Source: Macrostomum lignano (taxonomy: Eukaryota). From it: a stretch of 64,000 bases of DNA. The first letter of the stretch is position 1, and each line of letters begins with the position of its first letter. Under the pieces are notes generated by a model. The model saw nothing but the letters and a program-made list of their open reading frames with translations, did not search any database and had not been told where the DNA came from. The position numbers and the translations under genes are program-made. The stretch covers positions 39,730-103,729 of the forward strand of contig NIVC01003332.1 in assembly GCA_002269645.1 (NCBI GenBank), in the 5' to 3' direction. Shown piece by piece: positions 1 to 14,552 of this stretch.

Positions 1-132
1 GACTCAGGTTGTGAAGTGACTCGTGTGGAGCGACTTTGGTGGAGTGACTGCTGGAGGGATTTTAATTAAGTGAGTCTGGTGGAGCGACTCAGGTTGTGGA
101 GTGGCAGATTCAGGCTAATAAGCCAATCCAAC

Positions 133-2552
<2,420 letters not shown>

Positions 2553-3796
2553 GGCATATGAGTATCCACCTTCATGACATGGAGTTCTCGCTTAATCTGC
2601 TGGAGATCTAGACACTGTTTTGGAGTTAGAGAGCAGCGCTAACTGTCGTGAATTTGTACTCAAGGCTTTTCTATTCACACCCAGCTCGTACACTGTACAC
2701 TGGCCTCGCTTGGCTACGCTGCTCAGAGCAACCTACCCCCAATCTCCTCTCCTCTGATTCTTCTTCTCTTGCCGTCAGTGTACTTTCTATTCTTAAGCAA
2801 TCCCCGTCCCTTGAAAGCATCGCGCCCCTCAGCCAAATCAAGGCTCTGAGAGCTGTTCTGAGCTGTGCCAATCACTTCGAAGCACAGCACAGGCAGCTAG
2901 AAGAAATACAAACTATGATACAAATTGCATATTTTCTGCAAAATTTATTTATTTTCGACTACTATTAGTAGACTGTTGGGCAGAATAAGTTCAATGACGG
3001 AACTGTTTAAAAAGCTATTGGCAGAGACTAATTAGTGGAAAATATTTACAATTATATTAATGCTTTGAAGCTCTCATTTATCTCATCAGTTCTCTCTTTT
3101 ACAGGAAATACCGCGTGTGTAGTTTGCGTTTGATCTGAGATTGTCTGTCCTTCTGCGTTCACATTAGAGTTCACTTTTCACACCTTCGCTAATTCGTTCT
3201 CACCCTTCTTCTCACTCTCACCCTTCAGCTCACTCTCACCCTCCAGCTCACTCTCACCCTCCAGCTCACTCTCACCCTCCAGCTCACTCTCAATCTCAAT
3301 CTCACTCTCGCTCTCATCCTCACTCCCATCTCACCCTCATTCTCACTCTCACTCTCACTTTCCATCTCATTTTCACTCTCATTCGTCATCTCAACCTCGT
3401 TTTTACCTCAAGAGCAGATAGGATGAGAGAAGAGATGAGAGTGAAGAGAAGAGACACCGACCTTGAGCGGGCCGGATTGCTATTGTGAAGTTTCAAAGGA
3501 ACCGAGGGTCGGGCAGAGAGGCACCACCGACTATTGCACTAAATCTTTCCAGCCTTTCTCAGCAGGCATATTTTCAATCCAAACCGCTCATGCACGCACT
3601 CTGGCACTCAAATCTCCTCTTTCTACCATGTTGCATTATTCCTTTGTCCCACGTCTCTCGCCATTCCCTTGAAAAAATCCTCCCCCCATAAATTTTGCTT
3701 CCCTTATCCCATAACAATTTCCCCTCTGCCGCTCCGGCCCATTATCCCGATCCCCTCCTGGGGGCCTCATCCTCGTTTAGCTCTGCTCAACTGGTG

Positions 3797-3911
3797 GTTT
3801 CCATGGAAACTAGAGTTGGTGCGTCATCTTCATCAACCCAGCCAGCTTCCCCCTCATTTCAGCCTCTCTCTCCCCTCTTTCTCTCTCCCCAAGGTGAGTT
3901 GCCATGGAAAC
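3797..3911. promoter_or_regulatory. Two RFX X-box motifs: GTTTCCATGGAAAC (3797-3810) and GTTGCCATGGAAAC (3898-3911)
   Basis: Both fit the GTTNCCATGGNAAC consensus and lie about 230-340 bp upstream of the ATG at 4137. Confidence 0.7.
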
Positions 3912-4136
3912 ACTAGCTTCATCCCTATCCCGACTCAGTCTTTTGTCTCTGCTGCCTCTGCACTGCCGACTCGCGCACACCCTGAGCAGGCAGCCAATTG
4001 AACTCAAATTGCCTTTTGCCTCTGCTTTAAAAAGCTCTGCTGTACAACGATCGGTCTTTGGGAACACAGCAACCCCTGCTCTTCTTCTGGCAGCAGAGCC
4101 TTCCACGGTCATTTTGAGTCGGGAGACCAGCTCTAT

Positions 4137-7100
4137 ATGTACAATTTTAAACAGAACTTTGGCTCGCGAAGCAAGGATGACAGGTGAGAAAGACGGAGAT
4201 AATTACTGACTTTTTGAATTTTTAATCAGTTAAGTGCTTCTACTTTCAACTACAAGTAAGATGCGTTACGGACCTTGAACTGATGAGGGTTCTGCTAAGC
4301 TTTTGCAGGAATTGGCTCAGAGCATTGGAAACACAAACAACAATCTGCAGACTATTCGGCACATATTACTGCATCTAATCCTATCTGATTTGAGGCCACC
4401 ATTCATTTGGGGCTTTCGTGTGATTCACATCCGTTCACAGGGCCAACACCCTAATGCACAGAGATTGTACATGCTTGATGATTGGAAAGTCACAGGGCCG
4501 CTTGTACACCCTGTGTGAGCGTGTGCATGGGTGCGTGCCTCCGTACAGTATTGGCCACACTCACCCTCAATTACCCCAGCTAATGCTGGCACCCATTTTA
4601 CAGCTGGGTGAACTGAAGCAATGCAGAGTTAAGTGTCTTGCTCAAGGACACAAGTTGTTCCGAGTGGGTCGAGACTCGAACCCCCGACCTTTTAGTCGTG
4701 AGTCCGACGCTCTAACCACTAGGCTGCAACCCCTTAATTAGGCTAAAACTTTTTAATTAGGCTACAACCCCTTAATTAGGCTACAACCCCTTAATTCGGA
4801 TACAACCCATTAATTAGGCCACAACCCCTTAATTAGACTACAACCCATTAATTAGACTACAACCCCTTAGTTAGGCTACAATCCCTTAGTTAGGCTACAA
4901 TCCCTTAATTACGCTACAGCCTCTTAACTAACCTACAACCCCTTAATTAGGCTACAACCACTAATTAGGCTACAACCCCTCAGGCAACAACCCCTCAGGC
5001 TACACCCTTCAGGCTACACCCCTCAGGCTACAACCCCTCAGGCAACAACCCCTCAGGCAACAACCCCTCAGGCAACAACCCCTCAGGCAACAACCCCTCA
5101 GGCTACAACCCTCAGGCTACAACCCCTCAGGCTACAACCCCTCAGGCTACATCCCTCAGGCTACACCCCTCAGGCTACAACCCCTCAGGCAAGAACCCCT
5201 CAGGCTACACCCCTCAGGCTACAACCCCTCAGGCTACAACCCCTCAGGCTACATCCCTCAGGCTACACCCCTCAGGCTACAACCCCTCAGGCAAGAACCC
5301 CTCAGGCTACACCCCTCAGGCTACAACCCCTCAGGCTACAACACCTCAGGCTACAACCCCTCAGAGTGTTGCACCAGGCTACCCACAGCCCCTGCAATTA
5401 TTTATTAGAGCTGCTAATCGAACCGGTCTGATTTCCCCAGCTGGGATCTGCCAGCTCTGAGCACTAACCGAACTTCCCACGAGAAGCCGAGGCAGCAGCA
5501 GCAGCAGCAGCTGGTGCCAATTCGTGCCGAATCTCTCGACGATCACCGATCGATGTCGAGTCCAAGCGATAACGACGAGAGAATCCGCAGCCTGGAGACT
5601 CGCCTGCGAGTTGCTGAGAAGTCCAATCGAGCTCTGCTTGAGGAGGTGGTCCGGCTGCAGTCGGAGCTCAAGGTGGTCTCCCGCAAGGGCGAGGACGCGC
5701 TGCGGGATGAGCGCCGGGCCAGACAGATGCTGGAGGGGGCTGTGAAGAGCAGCGGAGATCTGGTGAATCAGCTGGCACAGCGGCTGCGGACTCAGGTGAG
5801 TGAGCAGCTTGATTTTTGGTCTGGCTCAGTGCCTGTCTCAGTGTCTGTCTCAGTGACTGTCTCAGTGCCTGTCTCAGTGACTGTCTCAGTGCCTGTCTCA
5901 GTGCCTTTCTCTGTCTCAGTGTCTGTCTCAGTGCCTTTCTCTGTCTCAGTGCCTGTCTCAGTGACTGTCTCAGTGCCTGTCTCAGTGTCTGTCTTAGTGT
6001 CTGTCTCAGTGTCTGTCTCAGTGTCTGTCTTAGTGTCTGTCTCAGTGTCTGTCTCAGTGCCTGTCTCAGTGTCTGTCTCAGTGTCTGTCTCAGTGCCTGT
6101 CTCAGTGTCTGTCTCAGTGTCTGTCTCAGTGTCTGTCTCAGTGTCTGTCTCAGTGCCTGTCTCAGTGCCTGTCTCAGTGTCTGTCTTAGTGTCTGTCTCA
6201 GTGTCTGTCTCAGTGCCTGTCTCAGTGTCTGTCTCAGTGCCTGTCTCAGTGACTGTCTCAGTGTCTGTCTCAGTGCCTTTCTCTGTCTCAGTGCCTGTCT
6301 CAGTGACTGTCTCAGTGCCTGTCTCAGTGCCTTTCTCTGTCTCAGTGCCTGTCTCAGTGTCTGTCTCAGTGTCTGTCTCAGTGCCTGTCTCAGTGTCTGT
6401 CTTAGTGTCTGTCTCAGTGTCTGTCTTAGTGTCTGTCTCAGTGTCTGTCTTAGTGTCTGTCTCAGTGCCTGTCTCAGTGTCTGTCTCAGTGTCTGTCTCA
6501 GTGCCTGTCTCAGTGTCTGTCTCAGTGCCTGTCTCAGTGCCTGTCTCAGTGCCTGTCTCAATGCCTGTCTCAGTGTCTGTCTCAGTGTCTGTCTCAGTTC
6601 AGTCACTTAAAGTGCGCCAGGTGCACACAGCCCCTGTCTCAAATGAGAAACTATTTGTGCAAGTGCCCCAGTACCTGCTCAACGCTCCCCCAACGCCGAA
6701 CCTGCAGGAGGACCGCCTGGCCGAAGAGCGGTCGCGGCTGGACAACCTGGCCGAGGCCGGGTCCCGCAAGGAGGCTCAGCAGGCTCGCGTGACCGCCATG
6801 GAGCGCGAGCTGGAGGCGCTCGAGCAGGCCAGGACGCGCGCCGAGCGCCAGACGGCGCGCCTGCTCGAGGAGATGCGCAACCTGCGGGCTCGAGTTGAGG
6901 ACCACCAGCGGACCGGCCAGCAGCAGCAGCAGCCTCGGGCGCGGCACTCTTCAGCCCAGGAGAAGCTTCAGGATCTCGACGAACAACTGCCCAACGATGG
7001 CGGCGATTTGAGGCGCGAGATTGTCGACTTGAGGTCGCGAGTTCGAGCCGAAGCCGAAGAACGGCGGCGACTGGAGCAGCGACTGGACGAGCGGCTGACT

Positions 7101-10100
7101 GAGGCGCTGAAGACGGCCGGGACTGAGCAGCAACCGGGGCTGGGGGCCACCGACCGGCTCGCGCTGCAGGTGAGCTGGAGTGACATTGAAGGCTAGAGTG
7201 ACATTGGGAGGCTGGAGTGACATTGGGAGGCTGGAGTGACATTGAGAGGCTGGAGTGACATTGATAGGCTGGAGTGACATTGAAGGCTAGAGTGACATTG
7301 GGAGGCTAGAGTGACATTGGGAGGCTGGAGTGACATTGAGAGGCTGGAGTGACATTGAGAGGCTGGAGTGACATCGGTAGGCTGGCGTAAATTTTAAGTG
7401 CTAGAGTGACAGTGGGGTGCTTGAGTGAAGTGGAGAAAGTGTGAAAAATCCGGCAGAGTGAAAATGGCCAGCAGAGTGCCAATATTCATCAGAGTGACGA
7501 TAGCCAGCAGAGTGACAATGGCAGCAAAGTGACAATAGCCAGCAGAGTGACAATATCTAGCAGAGTGACAATATCCATCAGAGTGACAATATCCATCAGA
7601 GTGACAATATCCAGCAGAGTGACAATATCTAGCAGAGTGACAATATCCATCAGAGTGACAATATCCATCAGAGTGACAATATCCATCAGAGTGACAATAT
7701 CCAGCAGAGTGACAATATCCAGCAGAGTGACAATATCTAGCAGAGTGACAATACATTTGACTTAATCCAGACTCCTTCCCGCTCCATCGCACCACGCAGG
7801 CCCGCATTCAGGAGGCGGCGGAGGGCCTGAACCAGCGCATCCTGGAGAAGGAGGTCCGCCTGCGGGAGGACGCGGCCCGCAGCCAGGCGGAGGCTGAGCG
7901 CCTCATCTTGCGCGAGCAGGAGGCCCGCCTGACCCAGGAGCGAGAGCAGCGGCACCAGCAGGAGCAGCGCTGGGAGGCGTTGCGCAAAGCTCAGGAGGAG
8001 GAGCTGGCCGGAGCCCGCCGGGCCCAGCGGGCGGAGCTGGCGGAGGCGGCCGAGGCGACTCGCGCGCTGCAGGAGGCTGTGCAGGCGATGGAGCGTCGAA
8101 TCCAGGTACGGATGCTGGGCCTGACTGAGCCGCGATGCTTGAAAACTGGCTCCATCTCCCATCTCCCCTTCCATCTCCCCTCTCCCATCTCCCCTCTCCC
8201 ATCTCCCATCTCCCATCTCCACCTCTCCCATCTCCCCCTCTCTCATCTCCCCTCTCCTATATCCCCTCTCCCATCTCCCCTCTCCCATCTCCCCTCTTCT
8301 ATCTCCCCTTCTCTCATCTCCCCCTCTCCCATCTCCCCCTCTCCCATCTCCCATCTCCCCCTCTCTCATCTCCCATCTCCCCCTCTCTCATCTCCCATCT
8401 CCCCCTCTCTCATCTCCCCTCTCCCATCTCCCCTCTCCCATCTCCCCTCTCCCATCTTCCATCTCCTATCTCCCCCTCTCTCATCTCCCATCTCCCATCT
8501 CCCATCTTCCATCTCCCATCTCCCATCTCCCATCTCCCATCTCCCATCTCCCCTCTCCCATCTCCCCCTCTCCCATCTCCCATCCCCCATCTCCCCTCTC
8601 CCATCTCCCCCTCTCCCATCTCCCCTCTCCCATCTCCCCTCTCCCATCTCCCATCTCCCATCTCCCATCTCCCCCTCTCTCATCTCCCCTCTCCCATCTC
8701 CCCTCTCCCATCTTCCCCTCTCCCATCTCTTCTGCCCCATCTTCCGCTCCTTAACCTGACTCCCCATTCTTGGCCTACCTCCTACGTTTCTCCCTTTCTC
8801 GTTTCCACGAATTCCCCTCACATGGTGACATCATCCTGCCTCTTTCCAGGAGCTCACAGATCGAGACTCCAAAGGCGGCAAGAGCAGCGAAGATGAGTCG
8901 CGCCTGCGGCAGCAGCTGACTGCCAGAGTCCAGGAGCTGGAGGCCCGACTGTCCAGCAGCTCGAGTGCTCTGTCTGCTGAGGTGGCCGAACTTGCCAGAC
9001 GGGTTCGTTCGGCCAATTCTGCTGGAGCGGTGAGTGGCAGCTTGGATCTTGAATCGTGTCACCTGTTAGACAGGATTGCGTCATCTGTTAGACAGGATTG
9101 TGTCACCTGTTAGACAGGATTGTGTCACCTGCTAGACAGGATTGTGTCACCTGCTAGACAGGATTGTGTCACCTGTTAGACAGAATTGTGTCACCTGTTA
9201 GACAGGATTGTGTCACCTGTTAGACAGGATTGTGTCACCTGTTAGACAGGATTGTGTCACCTGTTAGACAGGATTTTGTCACCTGTTAGACAGGATTGTG
9301 TCACCTGCTAGACAGGATTTTGTCACCTGTTAGACAGGATTGTGTCACCTGCTAGACAGGATTGTGTCACCTGTTAGACAGGATTGTGTCACCTGTTAGA
9401 CAGGATTGTGTCACCTGTTAGACAGGATTGTGTCACCTGTTAGACAGGATTGTGTCACCTGTTAGACAGGATTGTGTCACCTGTTAGACAGGACTGTCAC
9501 CTATTTATCAACTGAAGCTGTCAATCAATCGCTAATCCCCGCTCGCAAATGGCCAGAGCAAGAACCAATGGGAATCGCTGTTGGAGGACTACCGCAGGGA
9601 GACGGGCAGGCGGATCGCGGGCACGGAGGAGCAGCTGCAGGCGGTCAAGTCACGCCTGGATCGGATGGACGAGAGGCTGGGCGGTCGGATGGGGGAGGTG
9701 AGTTGGCTGAGTCGGAGTGAATGAATAGAGTTAACGGTAGGGCTGGGTGTTAGAGAGTTGTTTAGTGACTGTCACGGGGTGATTGGTGAACCGTGAGACT
9801 CATAGAATACAGTGACTGAGTAGCTGAGCGGCTGAGTAGCGTAGTAACTAAGTAGCTGAGTAGCTGAGCAGCTGAGAAACTGAGTAGCTGAGTAGCTGAG
9901 CAGCTGAGTAACTGAGTAGCTGAGTGACTGAGCGGCTGAGTGACTGAGCGGCTGAGTGACTGAGCGGCTGAGTGACTGAGCGGCTGAGGGACTGAGCTGC
10001 TGAATGGCTGAATAACTCTGACTGGCTGAGAGTTGCATTATAGAATCGATTACAAATGACATTCGATAGGTAATTTTTTAATTCCGTCACGGTGAAAACA

Positions 10101-11742
10101 TTTTATTACCATAGTTACTAGCATGAGCTTTTCTTCTCATTTAACTGGAATCTGAAAACGAATGTATTCGCTTTTTTGCATTTCAAGCTCAAACAGAAAC
10201 AAGAGGTAAAAATTCATGCAAAATATTTATTTTCCCACTTTTATACTCGAACTGTATCCCTCGCTTTCATATTAATACTCGTAATATTTATTAGCACTGT
10301 TAGTGTTAGTTAAAATTCGAGTTTAATAGTTTGTTAACTTAGTTAGCAATCATTTTTGAGCAATAAACTCACCTTTAAAACGTTTATTATTATTGCGTGC
10401 TGCAGTGATGAGTTCGCTTATTTTTCAAGCAAGTTTAGTTTTTTAAGTTTTTTTTGCCTTTTAGCTTCATTCCGCTAAAACGGTATTTGAATCGTGAATA
10501 TATATAAATTTCAGAGCAACGATTCGTTGATGAAGGAGATTCAAGAGAGGTTGGAAGCCATTTCGCAACGATTGGGCCAGACTGAGGGTCACGTGACAGA
10601 TTTAAAGTCTAAAAACGCCGCGGTCAACGACGGGGTGAGTCTTTCCATCAATAATTTTTTTATCATTCAGTTCAGATACTAAATAAAGTTGGTCTCAGCG
10701 AATCAAAATGGAGGAGGGTCGGGTTAGACTTTCTACCCCAGTTGGCGCGGCGGGTAGGGAGGGAGAGAGAGAAAGGTAGAGGGGTTGCATGGTGGTGACA
10801 GCCAATAAAAACGGCGGGGCAGGGTCAGACTTTTTAACCCGAGAGGCGCGAAGGAAAGGAAGTGGAGGCAGAGGTTGGGAAAGCATGGTTGCAGCCAATT
10901 AAAATGGGGGAGGGTTTAGAGCAGACCTTTTAACCTTAAAGGCGCAGGGGCATAGGAAGTGAGAAAAGGGATAACTGCCGCCGATCTAAAACAGGGCAGG
11001 GTTTAAAGCAGACTTTCTACCCCGAGAGGCACGGGTTATCATGCGCCCACTCTCCCTTTCTCTCCCTCCCTCCCTGCCTATGGTGACAGCCAATAAAACA
11101 CGGGGCAGGGTTTAGGGCAGACTGTCTACCCCGCGAGGCACGGGGGATAGGGAGGGAGGGAGAGAAAGGAAGAGGAAGTACATGGTGGTGATAGCCAATC
11201 AAAACGGGGCAGGGTTTAGGGCAGGCTTTCTACCCCAGAACTAGCGCAAAGGATGTAGAAAGTTAAAGAAAGGCAGAGAAAGGGAACGCAAGCAACTAAT
11301 CGTAAACGGACGGTTGATCATATCTAAAAACAAATCGAACACAACAAATGCTATGGGCTGTTTTCACCGAACTGTATTGCAGGTCCACCGAAACTCGGAT
11401 CAGATAACAGCCTTGATGGAGGATCTCAGCCTCCGTGTTGGCTCAGAGATAGCTGGCCGAGTGCAGGACACAGATTCGATTCGGGTCGAACTGGAGAGGC
11501 TTAAAGCTTCATCATCAGTCGGAGGAGGCGACTCGAGCGGTCTCAAACGCGAACTGGAGGAGTGCCAGGCGTTGGTCAGAAAGTTAGCCGAAGTTGTGCA
11601 AACTGTGAAAACTGTGCTTGGCATGAAGATTCAATCGGAGCAGAAGCTGAGAATGGCCGAGCTCAAGGGCATGCAGGAGGAGATGAAGCAGCATAGCGGG
11701 AAGCTGGACCAGCTGGCTAGCAAAGTTAATGGCAAGAAGTGA
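4137..11742 (+). CDS. Long coiled-coil protein, CCDC154-like (exons 4137-4183, 5441-5795, 6708-7169, 7800-8105, 8850-9029, 9557-9697, 10515-10634, 11383-11742)
   Basis: All joins GT/AG and phase-consistent (MYNFKQNFGSRSKDDS-WDLPALS...KVNGKK*). Heptad-rich throughout. C-terminal KLAEVVQTVKTVLGMKIQSEQKLRMAEL resembles the CCDC154 C-terminus as recalled; the family call is tentative. Confidence 0.75.
4550..4727 (-). mobile_element. tRNA-derived CORE-type SINE
   Basis: Minus strand has an A box (TAGTGGTTAGAGCG) and a B box (GTTCGAGTCTC), then TGTGTCCTTGAGCAAGACACTTAAC...CTGTAAAAATGGG resembling the MIR/CORE domain. Confidence 0.75.
4730..5370. repeat. 15-19 bp minisatellite (GGCTACAACCCCTCA / GGCTACAACCCCTTAATTA)
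   Basis: Tandem units in intron 1 of the coiled-coil gene. Confidence 0.93.
5822..6598. repeat. 12-bp minisatellite (GTGTCTGTCTCA/GTGCCTGTCTCA) in intron
   Basis: Tandem units; translates as (SV)n in the ORF track. Confidence 0.95.
7172..7755. repeat. Two related AGTGACA minisatellites (20-bp GGCTGGAGTGACATTGAGA/GGGA and 18-bp CAGCAGAGTGACAATATC)
   Basis: Tandem units in intron 3. Confidence 0.9.
8150..8730. repeat. Polypyrimidine (CTCCCAT/CTCCCCT)n tract
   Basis: Low-complexity intronic repeat. Confidence 0.93.
9058..9500. repeat. 22-bp minisatellite CACCTGTTAGACAGGATTGTGT
   Basis: About 20 near-identical units. Confidence 0.95.
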
Positions 11743-11809
11743 TTGGCTTTGAGTGACTTGAATTGTGCCAACTGCCTTCGGTATTTAGTGGCTCTGTTCT
11801 CTACCTGTT

Positions 11810-12370
11810 TCCCTGTTTTTCCACTGTTCTTCCCTGTTCTTCCCCTGTTCTTCCCCTGTTATTCCCCTGTTCTTCCCCTGTTCTTCCCCTGTGCTTCCCC
11901 TGTTCTTCTTTTCTTCCCCTGTTCTTCCCTGTTCTTCCCCTGTTCTTCCCTTGTTCTTCCCCCGTTCTCCTGTTCTTCCCCTGTTCTTCCCTTGTTCTTC
12001 CCCCGTTCTCCTGTTCTTCTCCTGTTCTTCCCCTGTTCTTCCCCTGTTCTTCGCCTGTTCTTCCCTTGTTATTCCCCCGTTCTCCTGTTCTTCCCCTGTT
12101 CTTCCCCTGTTCTTCCCCCGTTCTTCTCCTGTTCTTCCCCTGTTCTTCCCTTGTTCTTCCCCCGTTCTCCTGTTCTTCTCCTGTTCTTCCCCTGTTCTTC
12201 CCCTGTTCTTCCCCTGTTCTTCGCCTGTTCTTCCCTTGTTATTCCCCCGTTCTCCTGTTCTTCCCCTGTTCTTCCCTTGTTATTCCCCCGTTCTCCTGTT
12301 CTTCCCCTGTTCTTCCCCTGTTCTTCCCCTGTTCTTCCCATGTTCTTTCCTTGTTCTTCGCCTGTTATTC
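11810..12370. repeat. 11-bp minisatellite TTCTTCCCCTG
   Basis: Tandem units just downstream of the coiled-coil gene stop. Confidence 0.93.
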
Positions 12371-12657
12371 AGCCGCTCACCCTCCACTCTCCTCTGTCCC
12401 CATTCAGTTCTCCATTAAGTGCTGTTCTTAACTACAATATCTTTGTTTTATGCTGCAATGTAAACTTCTGTAGCTTATCTATCTGTTTGTTTCCATCCCA
12501 AGCACACAGAGGAATACATATTTATAAGTGTGTCTCTCTATCAAAATCAATGTTAAATACGAAACAGAATATTTTAACTAGCCTGTAAAATTTCGTATTA
12601 TGTATTTATCTAAGCTATTTACCTGTTGTGACATTGTTACCGGACCCTGCTTTAGTA

Positions 12658-13994
12658 CGAGGGCTGCTTAATAAGTTCGCGGAAAAACATACTTATAGTT
12701 ATCGCACAGTCGTGAAATTTTACACACACTTAGCCCAACCTAATGGCACTTCTCAACATAGTCCCCAGCCAGATCAACGCATTTCTTCATCCGATGAAAC
12801 CACGCCGCAAAGCAGTCCCTCAATTCCGCCTTTGTGACGGCTTCCAGCTCCGCATTCAACGCCTGTTCCAGCTCCTCACGAGTGTCGAAGCGCTTCCCCT
12901 TCAGATTTTTTTTGATCTTCGGAAAGAGAAAGAAGTCTGCAGGCGCGAGGTCGGGCGAGTAGGCCGGATGCGGCAGCAGAGTCAGCTCAGTTGATGCCAA
13001 GAACTGCTGCGTGACACTGGCTCTGTGAGCGGGCGCGTTGTCGTGGTGCAGGAAAATGCCGCGATCTCTGGTCTTTGGCCGTTCTCGACGCAGGAATTCC
13101 AGCACCTGCGGCAGGCAGACACTGGAGTACCAGCTGCCAGTCACTGTGGCTCCCTCCTCGAGCAGAACGGGCGGCAGAATTCCGCACCGACGGAAAAACA
13201 CCGCAGCCATCACTTTGCCGACGCTTCGCTCGCGACGAAATTTCAAGGGCGAATCCTCCTCAAAGGCGACCCACTGCTTGCTCTGTACTTTTGTCTCGGG
13301 ATCATAAAAGTACACCCACGTTTCATCACCTGTGAGGATGCCGTCCACCAAATTTGAGGCGCCTGCGTCGAACTTGTCGAGCATGAAATTCGCAAAATCC
13401 ACGCGGGCCTGCATCTGAGCCGGCTTCAGTTGATGAGGGACCCAGCGAGCTGACACCTTCCTCATGCCGAGGTGATCGTGCAAGATAGTAATGACGCTTG
13501 AATCCGATCCCGACATGTTTTTCGATTTCCCGAATCGTCACTCGGCGGTCTGCATCGAGCAGCTTTCGGACACTGGCCACAGTCGTGTCCGAGATGGACG
13601 AATTTGGACGGCCTTCACGTTCATCATCGTCCAGCTCCAGACAGCCGGAGCGGAATCGACCGAACCACTTGTACACCATCGTCTGGGATGGGGCTTCACT
13701 CTCAAGGGCCTTTTGAAGCGTCTGCAAGCATTCGGAGGCAGACAGACCAAGCCGGAATTGGACCAGAATTGCGACTCGCCTGTCGCGCTCAGTCAGGCGC
13801 AGCACTGGAGCGGGGGTTTCATCACTTCTTCGGCCACTGCGTCGCAACATTTTGGCCAAACTGGCTGAAAATTTGTGTGAAAGGTGCCAATATCTGAAGG
13901 AAAAAGTTCATAAAATTTCGTTTGATTCGCTTGAAGATAAGTTTGGTTTTCCGCGAACTTATTAAGCTTATTAAGCTTATTAAACTTATTAAGG
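12658..13994 (-). mobile_element. mariner (DD34D) transposon, irritans/Hsmar2-like, with imperfect TIRs and TA target duplication
   Basis: Left end TA|CGAGGGCTGCTTAATAAGTTCGCGGAAAAACATACTTAT; right end ATAAGTTTGGTTTTCCGCGAACTTATTAAG...G|TA. Transposase motifs WVPHQL, ILTGDETW, HDNA and YSPDLAPADF. Confidence 0.93.
12740..13850 (-). pseudogene. mariner transposase split by one frameshift near 13505-13515
   Basis: ORF 13859-13326 encodes the HTH half (to IEKHVGI); ORF 13516-12740 continues in another frame (DSSVITILHDHLGMRKVSARWVPHQL...EKCH*). Confidence 0.88.
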
Positions 13995-14552
13995 TATTTA
14001 CACCCCGCTCTGCATCAAGTACGTGGGCGAAAGGCTAGGCTTGGTCTCGGACTTTGAACTTTTTGTTTAAATTTGCAGCGCGCCTCAGAGAAATTTTTTT
14101 CGATTTTTTTTGATAAAATACACTCGAACATTAACAAAATTATATAAATAATTTTTCAAACTGATCAAACTGCTCACACAGGGTGTACAGGGGCCCTGAC
14201 TTTCTAATCGTCAGGCATGTACAGACTCTGTGCCTTTGGGGGTTGGCCCTCACGGCTGCGAATCGCACGACAACCGGATGCCTTGTGCAACTAACCGCGG
14301 CAAAATCAGCTTAACTTTCAGCTGCCTCAGAGCTTTCAATCTCTCAAATACTTCAACATCACATTCGCTCAGCGATGCACATTGCCTGATTGAACAACGA
14401 TAAGAAGCGGACAGACCTCTAGCAAAAGATGGAAAATCGGATAAGATCTTCTGCACAACAGAATTTAAAGCAAGTCAACCCTTACCGATCGGGTTGCATA
14501 GTTGCCCAAGGTTGAAAAAGTTTAGAAATACTACACAGGTATCCAGTAAAAC

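Noticed and set aside
4660-4727. tRNA gene (also 25582-25650)
   Set aside because: A and B boxes are present but no complete cloverleaf is evident, and the sequence continues into SINE body sequence found elsewhere in the window
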